From positions 60,001-92,000 of the forward strand of contig NZ_AP012549.1 in NCBI RefSeq assembly GCF_000829235.1: a DNA stretch of 32,000 nucleotides, read 5' to 3'. The notes under the pieces are model-generated. The model did not search any database, was not told where the DNA came from, and was given only the letters and a program-made list of their open reading frames with translations. Source of the DNA: a cyanobacterium endosymbiont of Epithemia turgida isolate EtSB Lake Yunoko. Lineage in GTDB: Bacteria; Cyanobacteriota; Cyanobacteriia; Cyanobacteriales; Microcystaceae. The translations under genes and the position numbers were made by a program. Positions 21,503 through 30,160 of this stretch are shown one piece after another (the first letter of the stretch is position 1; the number at the start of each line of letters is the position of its first letter).

Positions 21503-23158
21503 TTGAATAACTATTCACACTCAAGTAGAAGATAACTACGATGAAGTAGTAATTTCACTATGAGCAATCTGTACTAACTTCAATTAGAATGACAAAGATA
21601 TCTATTTTATAAACTCGGGTAAATAGTCTATGAACTCCGTTGATAACGAAGTCCTTTTTATAGTCTTACTTACTTCATTTTTTTCATTATTTATAATGAT
21701 TTCTCTGGTATTTTAAGTCTATTGTCATGATAACTCACTTAACTTTTTAGAAACTGATTGAAGCTCAGCTTTTACGCTTACAAAACTTCATAAAAAAAGC
21801 AAGATAAGATATAAAAGTAATAGTTACAGTTTTTTTATGCAAGAGGGGAAGAACCTAAAACTTTTTATCAAGTAAGTTCTACAAAAGTTAGTTTGGCAGC
21901 ACGGGGGAGTCCTCACTCTAGTTTCTTTTGTAGGAGGCAGAAAAATTGGGGAGATTTTAAACAAATAAAATAGGCTAGATAGAGCAATTTTATTACATGA
22001 ACTCGATCTTCTGGTGAGAAATAACATTCTCTATTACCATTAACCACAATAATTAACCAGTTAGGAGTAGCTGGAAAAATTTTAGCCGCTTACTTATCTG
22101 AAAACACTAGAGAATGGGAACACGATCTTTCTTTTTCTTGAATAATCTTTATGTAAATTATTTTTCTAGTTATATTTTCTGATAGATTTAATCAATCTAT
22201 AATTTTTAAAATTTTTTATCCTCTTGAATTTTAACATAATATTTGTACTTTTGTTCTCGTTATAGAGAAAATTTTTAGCATTAGTTGACTTTAATGTTTC
22301 TTATTCCTCTAATCTTATTAGCTTAATTCTTAGCTAAAGTGGTATTTAATAAGCACTCTTTTGTAACCACCTTATTTTAAAATTAATTTAGCTATCAACT
22401 TGTACTTTAATTAATTCAATTTTCTTGTTAGTCCTTTTTACTACTTTCTGGAGAGTTCTATTTTTAAAATATATACAATTTTGTAATCCATCTGCTTATT
22501 ATCTAATAACTATTCTCCTCTTTTATTGAAAAAATATTTTCTTAGACTAAAAAATATTTTTATTTTTTATCTTAGCTTTTTCTTGTTTACTATTTAATAG
22601 TATTTTTTTAGGTTACTTTTAAGTCTTTTTGTTGTTCTTTATTTTATACTTTTTTTGCGGGGTTATTGATAATTTGTCTGTATTTATGATGTATTTTTTT
22701 TACTTCTATTTTGGTATTATAAAATATTTATTTCAATGCCTTGAAAACCATATTTTAATAAAATTATGCTACTACCTTTTTATTTATTTTCATAAAAAGC
22801 CATACGTTTTCTACCTTGTATACTCAACTAAGGCTGCTGTATCATTTTTTTCTTTAAAAATAAGTTATTTCATCTTTACTGAGTAACATAATCTCTGCTT
22901 GGCTGTAAAAATAAGTATTTTATAGATCAGTAAACAGAAAAAACTTAGACTTTAATTATGCTAATCTATTTAATTTAAAAAAGTAATAAATCTTAAGTAA
23001 ATTGTAGGTTATATTACGCTTTACTAATAAAAAAACCTTATGTATATTCTTAATTATAGCGTAAGAAAAATCATAGTTTAACTTATAAACAATCAAAAGT
23101 TCACCTAATGTGCCCTACTTGGTATTTTTTTCTCAAAAATTTATTAACCAGCAGATAG

Positions 23159-24208
23159 TTAATAATATTTATGGGTTAAAAAAGGTACTTTTATTACTTT
23201 TCCTCGTGCTTTTTCTATTTGAATGCTTAATTCTACTCCTCCTGCTTTGGTGCTAATATAAGCTAACCCAAAAAAACTTTGATTAATCTCAGTACAACTT
23301 GTCAAAATTCCTACTTTTTTTCCATCCAAAATAACTGGAGTTCCTGGAATAATCTCTTGACTCAACTTAACTCCCCATAGTCTTTGTTTGACTCCTTTAT
23401 AGGTATTTAGACGAGCAATGGTTTCTTGTCCAATATAACAGCCTTTTTCAAAGGAAATGGCTCGCCATAATCCTGCTTCTAGGGGATTATAATCTTCAGT
23501 TAATTCCTTATCAAAAAGCGGTCTTCCTTGTCGTATTCGTAATTGTTCCCACACGCGATCTCCGATAGGAATAATTCCTAATTGTATTAATTGCTCCCAA
23601 ACAGTTTTGGCTTGATTGATTGGAACAATTAAGGTATAGCCGGGGATAGCTAACCCACTTCCTACAGCTATCCTCATAGAAGCCTCTCCTATAGCCGTTA
23701 AACAATGACTTTCTGGTAGAAGTTCAGCCAAACCATTAATCCCCCCTTTTTTTAGAAAGGAAGTACATTCGGAACCAATTAAGGTAAAAACAATATTTTG
23801 ATCGGAAACATCTGTAATTTTTACTTTATCCATAGGAAAGATGTACCGGTCTATCCACTCCATCAAGAAGTGACGACGGTTTGGGGAAACCAAAATCAAG
23901 ATTGAGTCGTTTGTGACGTAAACTGTAACCAAATCAATGATTCTACCAGTAGAATTGATAAAAACGGTGTCACACGCTAGTCCTGGCTTTAATTTATTAA
24001 TATTATTGGTAGTTTGATTATGAAGGAAACGTAAGCGATCATCTCCTGTAAGTTTTAGAAGTCCCCAATGACTGCGATCATAAATAACCGCTTTGCTATA
24101 AGCTGTTTCAAATCCTTCACTATCATTGCCAAAACTACCGATTCTTGTTTTATTTTCTGTTAAAGTTGTCTCTGATTGTCTTTGAATTTTATGTATTTTT
24201 TGTCTCAT
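23159..24208 (-). CDS. ygfZ: Folate-binding YgfZ / GcvT-like protein (Fe-S cluster maintenance)
   Basis: 349 aa. GcvT-fold N-terminal region (DRSHWGLLKLTGDDRLRFLHNQTTNNI) and the YgfZ signature KGCYIGQETIARL. Confidence 0.85.
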   Translation of the reverse strand: MRQKIHKIQRQSETTLTENKTRIGSFGNDSEGFETAYSKAVIYDRSHWGLLKLTGDDRLRFLHNQTTNNINKLKPGLACDTVFINSTGRIIDLVTVYVTNDSILILVSPNRRHFLMEWIDRYIFPMDKVKITDVSDQNIVFTLIGSECTSFLKKGGINGLAELLPESHCLTAIGEASMRIAVGSGLAIPGYTLIVPINQAKTVWEQLIQLGIIPIGDRVWEQLRIRQGRPLFDKELTEDYNPLEAGLWRAISFEKGCYIGQETIARLNTYKGVKQRLWGVKLSQEIIPGTPVILDGKKVGILTSCTEINQSFFGLAYISTKAGGVELSIQIEKARGKVIKVPFLTHKYY

Positions 24209-24403
24209 AATTGATAATAAAATTTGATACTAAATTAATAAGTTAGTTTACTAAATATTTCCATTGTAATTCGTTGTTATTTTATATATCGTTACCAATT
24301 GACTTCTCCTGTTTCATTAAAAAATTAATATTTCTGATCGTATCAACATTACAATCCTACAATTTTACTTCAATGAAAGCTAACTAAACATTTAGTTTAG
24401 AAT

Positions 24404-24460
24404 ATTTTATTAAATAAGTCAAATATGGTTATTAACCATATTTGACTTATTTAATAAAAT
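24404..24460. repeat. Perfect inverted repeat, 27-bp arms, 3-nt spacer (longest in the window)
   Basis: attttattaaataagtcaaatatggtt (24404-24430), att, aaccatatttgacttatttaataaaat (24434-24460). Lies in the divergent ygfZ / ORF-24660 intergenic region. Confidence 0.95.
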
Positions 24461-24659
24461 GCTTTTTAACTTAATTTTGACAATTGTTTACTTAAGTTAT
24501 TCATCACCCAGATAAAAATAGGTTGAATGATAACTTCTACTTCTCGTAGATTCTCTATTATGCTAAATATAGATTTTATTGTTAACATCGGGGTTTCCTC
24601 TATATCGACGTCAAAAAACATTATAATGCTAGCCTAGCGGTGTTTCTCTTTTTTAAAAA

Positions 24660-25394
24660 ATGACCGAACAACAATTACATCCAAGATTTTATTGGTTTTA
24701 TATCATTATTTCCAATATTTTCCTAATCTTTATGTTGAAAACTCCAGCTGATAGTCAATTCTCATCAGAGGTTAATCCTATTCAGGATAGTTCGCTTGAA
24801 AATACCTTTGATTTACCACAAGAAATTATTGAAGATAGCCCAGTCTTAAAAAGATGGTTAAATAACATTCCTAATATTTTATATGATATTTATACTGATC
24901 CGAGTTTTCGAACACGTGTGGGAATAGGATACGCAGAATTTCCTTCTACTGAACATGATGGAGGAATTAATATTACGGTTGATGATATTTTCATTGGGAA
25001 AACTGGTTTGACAATTAGCGGTGACTATCAAACTTCTTTTGGAAGAAGAGATGCAGGAGGGGTTAACTTACAATATTATTTGTTGCCTTTGGGAAATTAT
25101 ATTAATGTTGCTCCTATGGTAGGATATCGTTCAATCTCCACTAATAACTATTCTGAAAGTGGAGTGAACATTGGAGGTAAATTGTTTTTTCCCTTATCAC
25201 GTACTGGCGCATCTGATATTTCCTTGTCTCACAGTTTTATCTCTCCTGGTGAAGATAATGAAGTAGGGATTACAACGCTTTCTTTTGGTTATGCAATTAC
25301 TAAAAATATTCGATTGGCTACAAAAATTGAAAGACAAAATTCACAGGTAAAAAAAGATAGCAAAATTGGCGTTATATTTGAATTAATACCATAG
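24660..25394 (+). CDS. Hypothetical protein with an N-terminal membrane anchor/signal and a beta-strand-rich C-terminal domain
   Basis: 244-aa ATG ORF of non-low-complexity composition in a window where decayed DNA holds no ORF this long. Hydrophobic N-terminus (FYWFYIIISNIFLIFML). Alternating-polarity strands (ITTLSFGYAITKNIRLATKIERQ) suggest a beta-barrel-like fold. No family recognised. Confidence 0.55.
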   Translation: MTEQQLHPRFYWFYIIISNIFLIFMLKTPADSQFSSEVNPIQDSSLENTFDLPQEIIEDSPVLKRWLNNIPNILYDIYTDPSFRTRVGIGYAEFPSTEHDGGINITVDDIFIGKTGLTISGDYQTSFGRRDAGGVNLQYYLLPLGNYINVAPMVGYRSISTNNYSESGVNIGGKLFFPLSRTGASDISLSHSFISPGEDNEVGITTLSFGYAITKNIRLATKIERQNSQVKKDSKIGVIFELIP

Positions 25395-25452
25395 TTTAAT
25401 ACTATATTTTGAAATAAAAATGGTGAAATAAATTATTAAGCAATAGACCACA

Positions 25453-26235
25453 ATGAGAACCTATTTACAAGTTTTACGATTATTTTGGACAACATCAGTT
25501 ACAGCAGAATTAGAATATCGATTTAACTTTATAATTGCTATGGTTAGCAGTTTTGCTAATTTGATTGGAAGTTTATTTAACCTATTCCTATTCTATGGAA
25601 CAGGTTATACCTTTCATGGATGGACCTGGGACGAAGCAATGATAGTGGTAGGAATATTTACTTTCTTACAAGGTATTTATACTACTTTTTTAGTCCCTAA
25701 TCTAAATCGAATTGTCGAACAAGTAGAGAAAGGAACCCTAGATTTCGTGTTACTGAAACCAATTAGTAGTCAATTTTGGTTGTCTTGTAGAATTTTATCT
25801 CCTTGGGGATTTTCAGATTTGGTTTTTGGGGTAATTATAATTTTCTATTTTAGTTCTAAACTATCTTTACATCTAGGAGACTATATACTCAGTTGTATAA
25901 CAATAATTTTGGGCATTACCATTTTGTATAGTATTTGGTTTATCTTAGGAGCAACCAGTGTATGGTTTGTCAAAATTTATAATGTGACTGAAGTTCTAAG
26001 GGGATTATTAGAAGCAGGTAGATATCCCATAAGTGCTTATCCTAAGATCTATCGTTTTTTCTTGACTTTTGTAATTCCTATTACTTTTTTAACCACTGTT
26101 CCGGCAAAGGTACTTTTAGGAAAAATTGAAGGTTTATGGATTTTAGGCGCAATACTAATAGCATTATCTCTATTATTGATCTCTCACTATTTATGGCAAT
26201 TTGCTCTTCGTTTCTATACTAGTGCTTCTAGTTGA
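25453..26235 (+). CDS. ABC-2 family transporter permease (DUF990 type)
   Basis: 260 aa with 6 hydrophobic segments. Family-typical N-terminus ...TAELEYRFNF... and the GTLDFVLLKPIS motif. Confidence 0.8.
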   Translation: MRTYLQVLRLFWTTSVTAELEYRFNFIIAMVSSFANLIGSLFNLFLFYGTGYTFHGWTWDEAMIVVGIFTFLQGIYTTFLVPNLNRIVEQVEKGTLDFVLLKPISSQFWLSCRILSPWGFSDLVFGVIIIFYFSSKLSLHLGDYILSCITIILGITILYSIWFILGATSVWFVKIYNVTEVLRGLLEAGRYPISAYPKIYRFFLTFVIPITFLTTVPAKVLLGKIEGLWILGAILIALSLLLISHYLWQFALRFYTSASS

Positions 26236-26301
26236 TTTTTACTTTATAAACAAGGACTTCTTCTACTGCTAAAAATATACAATAACTTTATTGTAATTTA
26301 A

Positions 26302-27032
26302 AATATAAGCTACAGTTATCCCGATGTGACTTACCCTCTGAACGGAATTAACTTATCAGTTCAAGAGGAGAAGAGAGTTGCCATAATTGGAGCAAACTGA
26401 TCGAGAAAATTCACTTTACAATTTCACCTCAATGGAATTTTTCTACCTCAGTTAAGAAATATTAAAGTAAGGTAGTAGGAAGTTAATACTCAAAATTTTA
26501 CCAAGATCAGAAATTTTGTTGGTTTAGTTTGTTAAAATATCGATAATCAGCTATTTATACCTACTGTGTGGGATGATATCGGTTTTAAACCGAAAAATGG
26601 TGGTATAAAGGGAAACCCCTGTAATTAAGAGTTTGAGAGGCTATGGAAGCGGTAAAAATAAATCCCAGAATCTATAGTTTAAGGAGCGCTGATAATTTAT
26701 CAGAAGGAGAAAAAAAGCGGGTAGCAACTGCCGGAGTTTTAGCCATGCAGCCTCAAGTGTTAGTGTTAGATGAACCTTCTTCCCAACTTGATCCCTGTTC
26801 TCGACGCTATTTAATTGGCTTGCTACAGACTTTTTCTCTAACTCAATTAATTGCTACCCACGACCTTAATTAATTTAGCCTGGGAATTATGTGAGCGCAC
26901 TATTATCTTAGGCAAGATCAGATTGTCTATGATGGTGATACAGACAGGATAATGAGCGATCAAAACTTTTTAAAGAAACAGGACTTAGAAACCCCTCTCA
27001 TCTCAGTTACAGTCGCCCCTACTGTAATTTAG
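26302..27032 (+). pseudogene. cbiO: CbiO/EcfA-type cobalt/ECF ABC transporter ATPase, inactivated
   Basis: The translation follows the CbiO order across several frames. The N-terminus is truncated. NISYSYPDVTYPLNGINLSVQEEKRVAIIGAN*SRKFTLQFHLNGI carries a TGA inside Walker A (expected GANGSGKSTL). Further pieces are VGLV..NIDNQLFIPTVWDDIGF and LSEGEKKRVATAGVLAMQPQVLVLDEPSSQLDP (decayed signature plus Walker B). The remaining pieces are LIATHDLN, ELCERTIILG and VYDGDTDRIMSDQNFLKKQDLETP. The 76-aa track ORF (26643-26873) is one piece. Confidence 0.8.
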
Positions 27033-28423
27033 GAGACGCCCCTTAAGTGAGTACAGAAAAGGCGAAGTTGAAATTTATGCTCTTAGAGTGGAAACATACC
27101 ATAGTTACCTCGAGTCATTGTATATTGTTAAACCTCTGCCTGCTCTATAAAATGCTTTAACCTCGAGACAGAATACAGAAAAAGTTTTTAAGCAAGAGTT
27201 AGCTGTGTTCTGTTGATAGAGTGTTCAAGATTAATAAATACAGTTGCAGCTTTTGTTTGAGTAATTAGATTTTTCAGCTACAAACGCTTAATTTAGTATT
27301 TAATTAGCATTTTTTAGGTGTTAAAAGTAAAAATTTTTTTAAAATTAGGATACCTAGATAAGATGAAAAGCTATCAAGGTCAATAGAAAATAAAAGTAGA
27401 AAATTATAGATTAAGTTCAACTATTTTAAAATAATTGTTTAGTTTTACGAAGGGACTCGATTAAGTTATTCAATAAATTATGATTATGAAATATACAGGA
27501 TTGTAAGTCTTCTGCTGACAATCTTGAAAAATAGCCTAGGGTAGGCTTCACCTATATTTTTACAAACTACAAAAAAGTTTAGGTTTAGCTTGTACTAAGT
27601 TATTTTTTTAAAAAATGGGGTGAAATGACTAAAATTAGAACACACAAGCGTTAAGCAATCTTGTCATCGATTCGCTTGAACCGACCCAAGTAGAAAAAAT
27701 ATTTTCTAGGGTGACAACAAACTGTTTCTGGTTAGAGATTTTCGCAATTGCTCTCTTCAAGAAGTCTTGGTTACTCTTCTTTAAATAAGATACTATCTAT
27801 CTCTATAACTGTACTTCTAGAATGAGTTTTGTGGACATCGTTGATCTAACTTTGACTCTAAGGGTTTATAACTTTGTTTCTCAAGAGTTACGTGCAGCAG
27901 AAGACTTCGAGTTCAAGATATTCTACACTAAGAATATTTTTCTTATTACAAAAGTTCACGAACTCTGATGGCTTTTTTAGAGAAACCCAAGACTTTATCT
28001 TCCTTTGAGGAGGCACTTTCCCATAGTAACGCGCTTTCATGTATATGTTGCCAGTGAACGTGATATTGAATGAATCTACCGGTTTTGCGTGGTGGTCAGA
28101 CAAGCAAGCTTAATTAGCCTTTCTGGTCAACTTCTTGGTATTCATGTTACTTAACTTACGCCAGTAGATTTGGTGTGCTATTGTTGATATGTTGGTATTT
28201 TAAAGTTCTGTTCTTTGGCGGTGCTTATGAAGCCATAAAGTAAAATGGTGATATATCAAATCTTCGACATTTTAATTCTACAAGATGACAATAGAGTTAC
28301 AGAGCTTAAAATTCTATAGATTTAGTTATCATGGAATAAAGCTTTAGACTGTCACTAACTATTCAGTTGAGCGCGGCTAGATTTTCAGCTAAAACTTTAA
28401 CAATTGTCTATAAGAAGTAATAT

Positions 28424-28458
28424 AGACTAATTTACCTATTTTTAGAGTAAATTAGTCT
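28424..28458. repeat. Perfect inverted repeat, 12-bp arms, 11-nt spacer
   Basis: agactaatttac (28424-28435) and gtaaattagtct (28447-28458). Confidence 0.85.
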
Positions 28459-28722
28459 GAAGCAAGTCACTATACTTTCTCTTCTTTTTTTAAAATAGGT
28501 TGAAAATTCTAACATCACTAAAATTTTGTGTTCTATGCAGTTTAAAATCTATTTTAGGGTGTCTTCTCAAGAAGAATGATCAATTATATTAGAGAATAGA
28601 ACCTCACACTGCCATTGCGTTTTTAATCAAAAATTAATCCTTTGAATTGACTAAGAATGTTGCAAAAATTAGGTGCTATAGTCAAATAGATTTGCCAGAG
28701 AATTATCATAGTAGACGCAATT

Positions 28723-29205
28723 GTGATGCTTAATTTCTCTTTTAAGTTAATGTTAATGACCTTTAAGGGCAAGCTTTTATGTGCTTTTTCTCTTTACAAG
28801 AGATATCGTGTTGTTAGTACCGCCCCTGTCGACGTTCTTTGGCAGAAATTAATTAATTTGGCTGATGTTTCTTGGCATCCCCTATTCTCAAAAACAAATG
28901 TCCCTTTGGGACTAATTGCGAAACCAGGGTTGATTTATCAAGTAGTAACACGCCTCACCCCCATCCCCATTCGTCTATTTGTAGAAAATGTAAGGCCAGG
29001 AGAATTATTAAGTATGCGAGTTTTAGCTATTCCAGGAATTGAACAGAAAATCACTTATCAAGTAGAGTCTACTCTCTGCGGGTCTTATATTTCCTATTCA
29101 GTGACTTTACGTGGATGGCTATCTCCATTGATCTGGTGGCTTATCAAACCCTATTCTGCTCGTGTCGCCTCTGAGTTAGCCAATGCGGCCGAAAGATTAG
29201 CTTAA
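28723..29205 (+). CDS. SRPBCC-superfamily (polyketide cyclase/dehydrase-like) protein
   Basis: About 145-160 aa. The pattern V.STAPVDVLWQKLINLADVSWHP ... RVLAIPGIEQKITYQVES ... ends in a C-terminal helix (ARVASELANAAERLA) typical of the START/Bet-v1-like fold. The track start is GTG 28723. In-frame ATGs at 28726, 28750 and 28756 are equally plausible. Confidence 0.6.
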   Translation: MMLNFSFKLMLMTFKGKLLCAFSLYKRYRVVSTAPVDVLWQKLINLADVSWHPLFSKTNVPLGLIAKPGLIYQVVTRLTPIPIRLFVENVRPGELLSMRVLAIPGIEQKITYQVESTLCGSYISYSVTLRGWLSPLIWWLIKPYSARVASELANAAERLA

Positions 29206-29239
29206 TCCTCTTTGCTTAGTTAAATGCACCAAAGTTGAA

Positions 29240-29507
29240 CTAATCGTAGTTTAATCTTGCAAGTCGCTGTTGAATGTGAGCCAGGTAGATTTTGTTGTCA
29301 ATAGCAACTCTTGGGGATGGTAATTTATTATTTGGCTAACCGGGCAAGTTAACACATAAGGCACACAGGGGAAGTACCTCCAGAAATAGCGACAGGACAA
29401 GACATCCCACACCTTGTCTATTCGACTAGCTCCCACTCGGGATTCAATAGTTGTTGAATAGTTTGTTCAGCACCCTCCAGATAACAATCAGCATCTATGG
29501 CGAAGAT
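29240..29507 (-). pseudogene. N-terminal relic of a PP-loop ATPase, TilS-like (tRNA(Ile)-lysidine synthetase family)
   Basis: One minus-strand frame reads IFAIDADCYLEGAEQTIQQLLNPEWELVE*TRCGMSCPVAISGGTSPVCLMC*LARLAK**. AISGGTSPVCL resembles the SGGxDS PP-loop followed by the CL..LL of TilS N-termini. A shifted frame continues KLPSPRVAIDNKIYLAHIQQRLARL (compare the AHxxHxLR motif). There is no start codon, and the rest of the gene is absent. Assignment from memory of the family pattern only. Confidence 0.3.
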
Positions 29508-29640
29508 CTATTGCTAGTAGCTTCCGAAGTCATATCTATAAACCTTTCTGTGGTCAGCAGTGCAACCTCATGCTAACACCTGTATTGTTTTTCATCATTC
29601 TTTGTAATTTTATATTTACAATGATTCTCTTCTCAGAGGT

Positions 29641-29670
29641 TCGCCAAGTTAACCTAAGTTAACTTGGCGA
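29641..29670. repeat. Perfect inverted repeat, 13-bp arms, 4-nt spacer, built over the 3' end of the cobU pseudogene
   Basis: tcgccaagttaac (29641-29653), ctaa, gttaacttggcga (29658-29670). The present stop codon of the cobU reading frame (TAG, complement of cta) is in the loop. Confidence 0.95.
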
Positions 29671-30160
29671 TTGCCCCCAGGTGTCGGGTTAAATTTCCTA
29701 GGCGATCACAAAATGTACGTCTTAAGGGGAAAGTTGGAATGACTCCCCATCCTGCCTCCTCAGCTACTAAAACAACATCTACCGGGGTCGTTTCTAAACG
29801 GTCTAAGAATTGAGCCATCGTCTTTATCCAGGTCAAACCATCTTGTTCTAGACAATTGGACACCCAGGTTTCTAGAGAATCAATCAAAAGACAATGAGGC
29901 GGCGTAACTGTTTCTAATATAACTGATAAGTAATAGGGAACTCGTCGGGTTTCTCAATGGGGAAGACGACGTCCTCGATGGCGAGTAATCCTTTCTAGCC
30001 ATTCTGGGTCCTGGGTATTATCTAAGGCTGTAGCGATATAAATAACAGGCTTCTTAGATTTTTCAGCCAGGGTTTCAGCCCACTCACTTTTACCTTAAGG
30101 GGTAGGCCCAGTTACTAAAATAATTTGTTGGTTTTGAAGCGGTTCTAAATCATTTACCAT
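29654..30160 (-). pseudogene. cobU: Adenosylcobinamide kinase / adenosylcobinamide-phosphate guanylyltransferase (CobU/CobP), inactivated
   Basis: A single frame from ATG 30160 reads MVNDLEPLQNQQIILVTGPTP*GKSEWAETLAEKSKKPVIYIATALDNTQDPEWLERITRHRGRRLPH*ETRRVPYYLSVILETVTPPHCLLIDSLETWVSNCL...VVLVAEEAGWGVIPTFPLRRTFCDRLGNLTRHLGAIAKLT*. There is a TAA inside the P-loop (expected G..SGKS) and a TGA where the family has a conserved Trp. The C-terminus is about 15 aa short. The 77-aa track ORF (29654-29887) is the tail. Confidence 0.85.

Noticed and set aside
21905-21920. Similarity of gagtcctcactc to the cyanobacterial Yfr1 sRNA core (ACUCCUCACAC)
   Set aside because: Only about 9 of 11 positions match, and the two flanking G+C-rich stem-loops characteristic of Yfr1 are not present.
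21824-22027. 67-aa minus-strand ORF
   Set aside because: It overlaps the G+C-rich stem-loop island. The composition (Cys/Ser/Arg-rich, no motif) looks like a chance frame. The region is better described as a possible RNA or UTR relic.
22629-22886. 85-aa ORF (MLFFILYFFCGVIDN...)
   Set aside because: TTG-initiated and extremely Phe/Tyr/Ile/Leu-rich, which reflects translation of a T-rich low-complexity tract. No start context or motif. Treated as non-coding.
27096-27170. Direct repeat of acctcgag about 60 bp apart (27096-27103 and 27161-27168)
   Set aside because: Only 8-9 bp, with no further similarity in the flanks. Insufficient to call target-site duplications or an element.
29251-29436. 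61-aa minus-strand ORF from the track
   Set aside because: It is in a different frame from the more meaningful PP-loop-like reading of the same DNA. Likely a chance ORF within a pseudogene.
29654-30160. Possibility that in-frame TGA codons are read as Trp (genetic code 4), rescuing cobU and cbiO
   Set aside because: The cobU TGA does replace a conserved Trp. However, the same gene also has an in-frame TAA, the cbiO TGA replaces Gly, cbiO additionally has frameshifts, and TGA serves as the stop of the intact ABC-2 permease (26233-26235).
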